Source: an uncultured delta proteobacterium (lineage in GTDB: Bacteria; Myxococcota; Myxococcia; Myxococcales; Myxococcaceae). From it: DNA of 64,000 nt. Position numbers and translations under genes: made by a program. The notes under the pieces are model-generated. The model ran no database searches, was not told where the DNA came from, and saw nothing but the letters and a program-made list of their open reading frames with translations. The stretch lies in contig CAVYSY010000032.1 of the NCBI GenBank assembly GCA_963771175.1, positions 32,001-96,000 on the forward strand, in the 5' to 3' direction. Positions 23,834 through 33,543 of the stretch are shown piece by piece (position 1 is the stretch's first letter; every line of letters starts with the position of its first letter).

Positions 23834-25304
23834 ATGCGCGCTGACTCACCGCGGCTCCCCTGGGCGGGGCTGCTGCTCGCCATGAGCCTGCTGTCCACCG
23901 GCTGCGCGTCGCTGACGCCACCGCCCAGCCGGGGGATGCACCTGCGCTACTCGCCTCGCGAGGCCTCCGCTCCCTCGTGGGCAGAGGGGACGAGCCAAGA
24001 GCTTCCACGCGCCCTCACTTCATCTCCCCCTCGGCGCCAGAGCCCGCACGGCAGAGCGCCATCGCGGCCCATTCTCGCGTTCCTCGGTGCCGTTGGCGAC
24101 GTGTCCAGCTCAACCCGCCGCATTTCCGGTGAGCTCTCCAGACTCAAGGCCAGCAAGCGGGGCATCGCCGGCCGATACGCCGACCTGTTCATCCCCTTCG
24201 TCGACCATGGCGTTGAGCAACTGCGATGGATTGACGCCGAGCTCGCCGCTACCACCCGGCTGTCCAACACGGCCTCGGAGGTGGATGACCCGGACATGGC
24301 GCTCGCCCTCCTGCGTCTCGGCGGCCCACGGCTCGAAGCCGCCATGTTGGGCTCCATTCTGCTCGCCGCATGGCTGGACTTCCTCAACCTCGCCGACGTC
24401 GTGCTCAGGCAGTGTCCCTACTACAGCGTGGAGCGGCTGTTCTGGCACATGGACCGCTTGCAGATGATGCTCGCGCCCGCCATGACGGCACTCGCCTCCC
24501 TGGAGCCAGGACAGGTGGAGGCGGCGGCGACCGACCTGCCCTCGCTGGTAGGCCACCTCACCGGCGAGTTCGCCGCGACCCGTGAGTCCGTGCGCGTGGC
24601 GGCGCGGCAGTTCGAGGAGGCGATGCTGGTGAAGGAGCTCATCGAGCTGCTCACCACGGCCTCGGCGATGAAGATGGCACTGCCCCGGCTGCTACCGCCG
24701 GCCGCTTCCGCCACTCTCGGCGTGGGGCTCGTGGTGGGCTCCAACGGCGTGATGACGGGCACGCGGATTGTCGTCTCCGCCGAGTGGGTGGAGATGATGC
24801 GCCGGCTCGTACAGGCGGGCGTCATCTCCCGTTCCCGCCGTCAGCGCCGCTGTCCGGATTCACGCCGGCCAGGTGATGATGGCCGAAGCGAACGCAGGAC
24901 CTGCCGCGGGGCGTGCGCGACGCGCTCGGCGACGGGCCCGAGGTGCGTGGCATGCGCGTGACGGGCAGAGCGGGGGCCGGCATGGCCGAGCCACCGCAGC
25001 ACCACGTCCTGCCGCGAGAGTTCCGCGAGTGGTTCGAGAAGCGCGGCTTCACCGGCGAAATGAGCATCGACCAGTTCTGCGTCAGAATGGAGCAGGCAAG
25101 GCACGAGGCGATCCATGGCGGTGGCAACTGGCGCCTGGGTCGCATATGGCCCGGCGAATGGAACCGGATGATCATGAAGGCGCTGCGCGAGCCGAGACCA
25201 AGGCTGGCCGGATGCTGACGCCGACGGAGATTCTGAAGGTCGTCGCGGAGTATATGAAGGAGTACGACATCCCGATGAACTTCACCCCCTGGAGAGGAAG
25301 ATGA
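23834..25304 (+). CDS. Lipoprotein polymorphic toxin with DUF2380/TIGR02269-like His-rich nuclease C-terminus (frameshifted)
   Basis: Lipobox LLSTGC; helical core; C-terminus QHHVLPREFREWF..IDQFCV..HEAIHGGGNW..EWNRMIM..MNFTPWRGR*. Confidence 0.75.
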
Positions 25305-25772
25305 CCGACGGACCGTTCCTGGGATGGCAACTGGAAGGTCCGCCTGTATGAGCGGGTCCGCGAGCGTGGTTACGCTTCGCTCACCGCCTTTGCCGAGGCA
25401 CGCCCCACCGCCTCGCTGTTGGCACTGGCCGAGGAGCTTGGCGAGGACGACGTCAACGCAGTGCAGGTGTTCAGCGGGTTGGTGGCCGAGGCGGAGCGGA
25501 GCCATCAGCTCACACGGCTGGTGCGCGGGCAGCTCGTGCGCGAGCTGTCCCAGATCTCCCGAACGGCTGGCCGGCCGTGCTGGACGACGCAAACCGTTTC
25601 GAGGTTGCCATGGCGCTCGCCCGTTGGAGTAGCCTACACCCCAGAAACCCATGAGGAGCGCGTCAGGCAGGTCGGCGATGCGCTGCTCGCCACGCCGCCG
25701 CCGCCCGGCTGGCGCCCACTCGGCCCCGACGACGAGCTGCTCCGCACGCTCCTGCCCGACGAGGAAGTCTGA
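25301..25772 (+). CDS. Probable cognate immunity protein (frameshifted)
   Basis: ATGA overlap with the toxin stop; MTDGPF/SWDGNWKVRLYERVRERG...PPPPGWRPLGPDDELLRTLLPDEEV; no Nudix box visible. Confidence 0.65.
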
Positions 25773-25795
25773 TCTTCCTCCTCCCGCGTGAAAAG

Positions 25796-25845
25796 ACAGA
25801 GGGCCTCCGCTCCAGCACTTCGGAGCGAGAGGCCCTCGGTGTTTC
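25796..25845. terminator. Probable bidirectional terminator between convergent genes
   Basis: GAGGGCCTC CGCTCC ... GGAGCG A GAGGCCCTC hairpin, with AAAA upstream and GTTT downstream. Confidence 0.65.
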
Positions 25846-25846
25846 A

Positions 25847-27007
<1,161 letters not shown>

Positions 27008-27140
27008 GACCGGGGGCCTATCACACTCCCCCGCCGCCCGGGAGTGGTGGACGCGCCCAGTCCCCCTCCGGAACGCTTGCGGGACGGCGGGGACTCGGAG
27101 AAGAGGGAGCCGAGGTTGTACGGGAGAGGACAGGGCAGCC

Positions 27141-28119
27141 ATGACGACAGCGGACCAGGGCGCGGTGGGGATGTTCGAGAACCGCCTGCGCAAGAACGCG
27201 CGGCATTTCCGCAAGTGGGCCAAGGCGCACGGGCTGACCGCCTTCCGCGTGTATGACCGGGACGTCCCCGAGTACTCCTACGCGGTGGACCTCTACGGGG
27301 ACCGGGTGCACCTGGTGGAGTACCCCCGCCGGCGGGCGCTGAAGAGCCTGGAGGAGCAGCGAGCGGAGGTGCTGGCGGCGGTGACGGCGGTGCTGGAGGT
27401 CCCCCCGGAGCACATCCACGTGAAGACGCACCTGCCCCAGCCCTGGGGCCGCTCCCAGTACGGCCGGGTGGGCCAGGGCAGCGAGCGCCTCGTGGTGGAG
27501 GAGCAGGGGCTGAAGTTCTGGGTGAACCTCGGCGACTACCTGGACACCGGCCTCTTCATGGACCACCGGCAGACGCGCGCCCGGGTGCGCGAGGAGGCCA
27601 AGGGGAAGAGCTTCCTCAACCTCTTCTGCTACACGGGCGCCTTCACCGTGTACGCCGCCGCGGGCGGGGCCTCGCGCACCCTCAGCGTGGACCTGTCCAA
27701 CACCTACCTCGACTGGGCCGAGGAGAACCTCGCGCTCAACGGACTGTCGGACCCGCGCCACACCTTGCTGCGCGCGGATGCCCTCGCCTGGGTGCTGGCA
27801 CAGGGCAAGGCCCCCGAGGAGAGGTTCGACCTCGTCGTGTGCGATCCTCCCTCCTTCTCCACCTCGAAGAAGATGCAGGGCACCTTCAACGTGCAGAGGG
27901 ACCATGTGCGGATGGTGGAGGCCGTCCGGGAGCTGCTCGACTCCCGGCGGCGTCCTCTACTTCTCCACCAACTTCCTGGGCTTCGAGCTGAAGGACTCCG
28001 CCGTGCGCGGCTACGAGACGGTGGAGGAGCTCACGCCCGACTCCATTCCCGAGGACTTCCAGCGCAAGGAGATCCACCGCTGCTGGCGAATGGTGGCGCC
28101 CCGCGCTGGAAGCCGCTGA
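27141..28119 (+). CDS. Class I SAM rRNA methyltransferase, stand-alone RlmK-like (frameshift near 27940)
   Basis: FENRLRKN..FRVYDRDVPEY, NLGDYLDTGLFMDHR, FLNLFCYTG, VDLSNTYL, DPPSFSTSKKM, IPEDF..IHRCW. Confidence 0.88.
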
Positions 28120-28128
28120 GCCTCGGGC

Positions 28129-28962
28129 TCAAATGCTGCAGACGCCTTCCACGCAGCGCTCGCCGGAGGGGCAGTCGCAGTTGACGGTGCAGGCATTGCC
28201 GCTGGCCGGGGAGTCCGACGGCATGCAGTAGCCGATCTTGCAGACGGAGCCCGAGGCGCACGTGGTGCTGGAGGTGCAGGGCGCGCGGCACGAGCCGTCC
28301 ACGCAGTCGTTGCCCGTGGCGCACTGGGTGGAGGTGGTGCACGCGGGCGTCGGACGCGGGCGGCACAGGCTGCTCGAGCACATCTCGGTGGAGGCGCAGT
28401 CACTGTCGGAGCCGCAACCGCGGATGCAGGCCCCGTTGATGCAGTAGCTGCCCACGCCGCATTCAGTGTTGCGCATGCAGGTGCTCGGGGTGCCCGCGTC
28501 GGAAGGAGGAGGCGGCGGGGGCGGAGTGCCCGCGTCCGACGGGGACGGGCAGGTGCTTCCAGCGTCCGGCCGCGTGCCCCCATCCGTCGGAGAGCTGGTT
28601 CCTCCATCCGTGGTGCCCCGCTTCGCGCGGCAGTAGTAGCCATCGCAGGAGTAGCCGGAGGCGCAGTCCATGTCGCGAGAGCACGAGCGGCTGCACAGCC
28701 CGTTGACGCACACGTCACCAGAGGCACAGTCCCTGCCGGTGGTACAGGACTGCGAGTCCACGGGGACGTCCTGACACATTCCGCGCGCGCAGTACTGGTC
28801 GAAGTGGCAGTCGGAAGCCTCGGTGCACGAGTGGTAGTCGTTCTCGCACCAGTCACCATGACCACCGCCGTGCTCAGTGATGATGCATCCAGAGACGAGG
28901 CCCACGACGAGCGCGAGCAGGGGAGTCAGTAAAGAGGCTCTGCGGGGGAGAAGGCTCAGCAT
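28129..28962 (-). CDS. Cysteine-rich repeat lipoprotein
   Basis: Lipobox LVSGC; ~8 repeats of CxxxxDCxxGxxCxxGxC. Confidence 0.85.
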   Translation of the reverse strand: MLSLLPRRASLLTPLLALVVGLVSGCIITEHGGGHGDWCENDYHSCTEASDCHFDQYCARGMCQDVPVDSQSCTTGRDCASGDVCVNGLCSRSCSRDMDCASGYSCDGYYCRAKRGTTDGGTSSPTDGGTRPDAGSTCPSPSDAGTPPPPPPPSDAGTPSTCMRNTECGVGSYCINGACIRGCGSDSDCASTEMCSSSLCRPRPTPACTTSTQCATGNDCVDGSCRAPCTSSTTCASGSVCKIGYCMPSDSPASGNACTVNCDCPSGERCVEGVCSI

Positions 28963-29222
28963 GAGGGGACTCCGTGAGGCGGCCGGCCACCGGCCTCGGG
29001 GGTTCGCGTCGGTTCGACGCTGGGGCCCGGGAAATTGCTCAAAGAATGTCCCGAAGCACCTGGGACCCGAGGGCCGTGATGGATTCTGAACGCCCGGGAT
29101 TCCGCACTGTCGTTCACCCTGAATTCATTCTGCTCAATTTCGCTCTCCGTGAAGCGCTATGCTCGAAGCGCCTCCGGGCCAGCGTCGTTGGCCCGAGTCC
29201 TCGCCCAGGGCAGGAGTTCACT

Positions 29223-30638
29223 ATGACGCATCGATTCGCATGGCTGACGCGGTGCTTGACGTTCTTGTCCTTCTTCCTCGCGGGCTCCGCTGGAGCCGCC
29301 GGGTGGAACTACGGCCTCTACCAGAGCCTCTGGCACAACGAGTGCCAGACCGGGAACACGGAGGTCCTCGCCCAGACCCAGGCCGGCTACTTCGGAGACA
29401 GCGCGACTCCCAAGGTCGGCGAGGTCTATTACGTCTCGGCGCTCGTCGCGGTGATTGGGAACTCCTGCGTTGGAGGCGCCCAGGTGATTCCGGAGGTCCA
29501 GCTCCCACCGCAGACGGTTCTGGCCATCAGCAGTCAATACCCGGTGCGGTGCGTGTACACGGACATTCAATCCGGCACGCAGACCGAACTGAGTGCCGCG
29601 GAGTGCCCGCAGACTGCATCCGTAGGCCTCTATGGGCAGTACGCGTTCGTCCAACCCGCGCAGTCGACCTTCCCGGTCCCCTACGGGAAGCGGTTCGAAA
29701 TCTGGGTGCCCGTCCTGTCCAAGACGACGCTGAGCGGCATCTCCACCAATTTCACCGCGGTGCTCCGCATCGCGAGCGGCGTCTCGGGCGATCTGTTCCC
29801 CAAGGTCGGCGTCTTCGTCTACCCGAACCCGCCCACCATCACCTACCCGGTGCCCTCGACCACGAGCCTCGGCAGCAACGCGGCCAGCACCCGGGGCGTC
29901 CTCAACAACCATTACACCTATGGGAATGTGTACGCCGACTTCGGCAAGACCACGTCCTACGAGCTGAGCGGCCACGGTCCCTTCGCCATCGGGGACTACG
30001 ACATGTACCAGGTGAACCTGGACTGGACGAGCCTCACGCCGGGCACGCTCTACCACTGGCGCCTGCGGTTCGTGTCCTCCACCGGGGCGACGACCCTGGG
30101 CGCCGACCAGACGTTCACCACGACCGGGACGCCTCCCGCGGGCCAGTACCAACTGGCGATGTCCGTGACCTCCGGGGGCTCCGTGGACATCTCGCCGAAT
30201 CTTCCCAGCTACCCGGCGGGGACCCAGGTCACCTTCACCGCCCGCCCCGAGCCCGGATTCCGGCTCGGCGGCTGGAAGATCGACGGCGTCGCGGCGGGGA
30301 GCGCAAACCCGCTCGTCCACACCATCACGAAGGAGCACTTCATCGGCGTGACCTTCCAGCAACTCCCGCCCGGAGGGGATGCCGGCACCGGAGCCTCGGA
30401 TGCCGGTACTGGAGCCTCGGATGCCGGCACCGGAGCCTCGGATGCCGGCACCGGAGCCTCGGATGCCGGGACGGGAGTAGCGGATGGTGGAACGAACCCC
30501 GGTCCTGGCGGCGGTACCGGCTCGACCAACCCGGAGGGCGGCGGCTGCTCCGCGGCGGCGTTCGGACCGGGCGCGATCATCGCGCTGGTGGGCCTGCTGC
30601 GTCGCCGTCGCGGGCGCGGTGGGCGAGGACAGAACTGA
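29223..30638 (+). CDS. Secreted surface protein: FN3-like + InlB B-repeat-like domains, DAGTGAS spacer, MYXO-CTERM-like anchor
   Basis: Signal peptide after GGAG; LTPGTLYHWRL FN3 motif; YPAGTQVTFTARPEPGFRLGGW; C-terminus GGGCSAA..hydrophobic..RRRR. Confidence 0.75.
   Translation: MTHRFAWLTRCLTFLSFFLAGSAGAAGWNYGLYQSLWHNECQTGNTEVLAQTQAGYFGDSATPKVGEVYYVSALVAVIGNSCVGGAQVIPEVQLPPQTVLAISSQYPVRCVYTDIQSGTQTELSAAECPQTASVGLYGQYAFVQPAQSTFPVPYGKRFEIWVPVLSKTTLSGISTNFTAVLRIASGVSGDLFPKVGVFVYPNPPTITYPVPSTTSLGSNAASTRGVLNNHYTYGNVYADFGKTTSYELSGHGPFAIGDYDMYQVNLDWTSLTPGTLYHWRLRFVSSTGATTLGADQTFTTTGTPPAGQYQLAMSVTSGGSVDISPNLPSYPAGTQVTFTARPEPGFRLGGWKIDGVAAGSANPLVHTITKEHFIGVTFQQLPPGGDAGTGASDAGTGASDAGTGASDAGTGASDAGTGVADGGTNPGPGGGTGSTNPEGGGCSAAAFGPGAIIALVGLLRRRRGRGGRGQN
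30377..30481 (+). repeat. 21-bp coding tandem repeat, 4 near-perfect + 1 degenerate copy (DAGTGAS)
   Basis: GGATGCCGGCACCGGAGCCTC repeated. Confidence 0.9.
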
Positions 30639-30754
30639 CCCGGGCGTTCAAACAACCCGCGCGAGAGGCGCGCGGCTCGATGAGCCTCAGTACGCGCTGA
30701 ACCGCCCCAGGGCGTGAAAGAGCCAGCCCCGCGCGCCCGTGGTAGACCGGGGCC

Positions 30755-31477
30755 ATGCTTTCCACCTTCTCCGTCCTCGCCCTGCTGCTCGCCGCGGATG
30801 GGGGGACCCCGGCCCCGAAGGAGTCCCCCAAGGCGTCCCCGGTCGAGGTCACCGCGCTCGCGGTGGACGTGGACTTCGTCTGCCGCATCCGCTCCACCCA
30901 GAGCCTCATCCTCATCCCGAAGGCCCAGGGGCAGCTTCAAGTGCCCGACAGTTGCCCAGACGCCGGTGCCGACTGGCGCCTCACCGTCGACTGCACCGAC
31001 GAGCGCTGCTCGGGCTACGTCCGCACCAAGGCCGGAGCCATCGCCCTCATCCAGGGCACTCGCAAGCAGCTCGAGGTGAAGCCCATCGCCGAGGAGCACC
31101 CGCCCACGCTGGACCAGGTGCAGGTGAGCATCACCGGCCAGCACACGCTGACGCTGGAGAAGCCCGAGGCCCACCAGCCTCCAACTCAGCTCCTCTTGCA
31201 GCTCCCCAGCGTCACCGGGGTCTACACCCTCGCCTCCTCGGAGCCGACCGACGTGGCCTTCGAGCATCGGGGCAAGCGCCTCGTGCTGCGCGCCCAGCTC
31301 TCCCGGAGCGATGACGGCTCGCTGGTCCACGTCCAGCTCTGGAACGCCCAGCACGAGCCGCTGCTGGACGAGACGCTCATGCTGGATGAGTCCCGCGAGC
31401 TCGACTGCCAGCGCCTGAACAACATCTGCGAGAGCAAGCTGAAGGTGCTGGTGCGGGAGCCCCAGCGCGTCCTCTGA
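30755..31477 (+). CDS. Hypothetical exported protein
   Basis: Signal-like N-terminus; clean 240-aa ORF with paired cysteines. Confidence 0.7.
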   Translation: MLSTFSVLALLLAADGGTPAPKESPKASPVEVTALAVDVDFVCRIRSTQSLILIPKAQGQLQVPDSCPDAGADWRLTVDCTDERCSGYVRTKAGAIALIQGTRKQLEVKPIAEEHPPTLDQVQVSITGQHTLTLEKPEAHQPPTQLLLQLPSVTGVYTLASSEPTDVAFEHRGKRLVLRAQLSRSDDGSLVHVQLWNAQHEPLLDETLMLDESRELDCQRLNNICESKLKVLVREPQRVL

Positions 31478-31533
31478 CTCGACTTTCGCCGCCGGGGTTT
31501 TTCTTTCGTGCCTGCGCCGGCTAGAGCCGCGCC

Positions 31534-32145
31534 CTACATGAAGATCCCAGGCGCCCGCTCCAGCGCCGCGCGCAGCTCCTCGACAGTCGTGTCCATCTTC
31601 TCGGCCACGGCGGGCGCGTGCCACGTTTCCGCGACTGTGCCCTCGGGATTCTTCGCAAGTCCTTCAACGAGGATCCCGACCTGGCCGGGCCACTCACGGC
31701 GGCCCAGCTCCGCCGCGTGCCCGCGTGGGTCCATGATGGTGAAGCACGGCCAGCGCGGCAGGCGAATCGTGCTCATGTCGCAGTTGAAGAAGCGGCAGCC
31801 ATTGAGGCGGGCCTCTGAGAAGTCGCAGTCCTCAATGCCTCCGAGCTTCCGCCTCTCGTCGAGGTCCTCGCGGAACCCGAAGTCGTTTCCGCCGAAGCGC
31901 CCTGTGAAACGGCACCCCTTCAGCTTCATTGGTGCCCACGGCAGCGTCTTGAGCTCGCCCTTCGCCTGGATGGTGCAGTTGATGAGCTGTCCCGACATCA
32001 GGGTCAGCGAGCGCCGGGCCGCGCTGATGATGACGGTGCAGTCGCGCAGCGTGAGGTTGGGACCGAGCCAGTAGAGCGAGCCCTTAACCAGCTCCACCCG
32101 CTCGCCTACGATCTCTCGGTCCTTGAAGTGGATGTTGGGAGTCAC
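31534..32145 (-). CDS. Probable immunity protein of the SitA5-type toxin (beta-helix/pentapeptide-like)
   Basis: Starts 7 bp after the toxin stop; LTLRDCTV..LINCTI..LKGCRF..IEDCDFSEARLNGCRFFNCD repeats; LPRWPCFTI. Confidence 0.7.
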   Translation of the reverse strand: MTPNIHFKDREIVGERVELVKGSLYWLGPNLTLRDCTVIISAARRSLTLMSGQLINCTIQAKGELKTLPWAPMKLKGCRFTGRFGGNDFGFREDLDERRKLGGIEDCDFSEARLNGCRFFNCDMSTIRLPRWPCFTIMDPRGHAAELGRREWPGQVGILVEGLAKNPEGTVAETWHAPAVAEKMDTTVEELRAALERAPGIFM

Positions 32146-32152
32146 GCGGCCC

Positions 32153-33067
32153 TCAGAAGAAGATCATACGGAAGAAGGTGCTCGCCATCCGTCGCCCGTG
32201 CAGCGCGAAGTTCGACTCCGTGCCAGACAGGATTTCATAGTGGTAGCTCTGCCCTCCAGGGCCGGTGATATCGACACCTCGGCTGTTCCAGGAAAGCCCT
32301 GGGAACCGCTCCTTCATTTGTGCCTCCACCCACCGCCCCCTCGCCTGTCGCTCCAGAAGATTAGCGCGGTGCTCCTTACCTGCCTTCCGCATCTTGTCGA
32401 TGGCGAACCCCTCCTCCCGTGAGAGTTCGGCCTGGGACCACCTCGCCGCCACCTCCTTCAAGGCCGCCTGCATTTCGTCGCCAAGCCTGTCCTCCGCCGG
32501 AATGTCCCTGTAGCTCTTGCCGCGTGGGAGGTGCCACCGCTCGCCATTGCTGAGGATGACCTGCTTGTTGCCGCCGCGATGCTGAATGGCCACGGTGCCC
32601 GAGTGCCCTCCACCAACTCCCGCGCTTCCGCTCCTCGCCAGGACGTTGATGGCAACCGGCACCTGCGGGGACGTGAGGACGACCAGGGCGCGGCCCTGCT
32701 CCACCGCCACCTCCACCGCCGCGGCCTCCTCCATGGCCACCGCCACCGAGCCCTCGAGGCCCTGGGCCGCCCATTGCGACTGCACCTGGTTGAACCTCGG
32801 CAGCGAGCGCAGGTGCGCCGCCACCTCGCCGAGCGTCCGCCCGCTGAGGCTCGCCACCGCCAGAATGAGGGCCCGGGCCGCATCCGTCCCAATCACCCGG
32901 CCGAAGGCCTCGCCGGCGTCGCGCAGCTCCTCGAACGTGGTGGCCTCGTGGGCCCGGTGCGCCATGTTGGCCCACCCGTCCATGAGACCCCACATGGCGT
33001 CCACGCCCAGCCAGGCCAGCAGCACCACCGAGAGAGCGGCCGCCACCGCCTTCGTGCTCGGTTCCGG
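32153..33067 (-). pseudogene. SitA5-type polymorphic toxin, 3' half (after the insertion)
   Basis: PEPSTKAVAAALSVVLLAWLGVDAMWGLMDGW..ATTFEELRDAGEAFGRVIG..AAR, which I recognise as the SitA5-like conserved core; C-terminal domain with GRWVE..GVD..YEILSG. Confidence 0.8.
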
Positions 33068-33114
33068 CAAGCCCCCAACGACGCACCCCCTTAAAGACGC
33101 AGCCGTCGAGAGAT

Positions 33115-33543
33115 TTGGTGGTCATCACCCACCCGCTCCATCCGTTCGTGGGTCGTGCATTCCCCGTGCAGCAGCGCCTGCGGTACCTCGGCCGCCCCAG
33201 TGTCGTGCTGCTGTTTCCCGACGGTCGTCTCGCGAAGGTCCCCGAAGACTGGACGGACCTGAGGCCCTGGCCCCCACCGCTCGAGTTCCGGGGGAAATGT
33301 CCGAAGCTGCACCCTGAATCGCTCCGCGAGCTGAGTGCCCTTCTCGATGACTTGAGGCATAGGTCTCAGCTCCATGACCAGGAAGGTAGTGCGTCGGACG
33401 AGAAGCGCCAACGGCCGGTCATCGCCGGGCGCGCTCTACGCCGCACTCCCCGCGGCGGCCCGACACGAGCTGCTGGGCGTGCTGGCCGACGTGCTGCTCA
33501 AGGCCGTCACCAAGGCTCCCGCCGGAGGCGAGGCAAGAGATGA
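33115..33543 (+). CDS. DUF5372-like small protein of the recombinase element
   Basis: VITHPLHPFVGRAF...PDGRLAKVPEDWTDL motif (HPxHP..G..P..WTD); its stop overlaps the recombinase ATG (ATGA). Confidence 0.65.
   Translation: MVVITHPLHPFVGRAFPVQQRLRYLGRPSVVLLFPDGRLAKVPEDWTDLRPWPPPLEFRGKCPKLHPESLRELSALLDDLRHRSQLHDQEGSASDEKRQRPVIAGRALRRTPRGGPTRAAGRAGRRAAQGRHQGSRRRRGKR

Noticed and set aside
25301..25772. NUDIX hydrolase
   Set aside because: No Nudix box; position and translational coupling fit an immunity gene.
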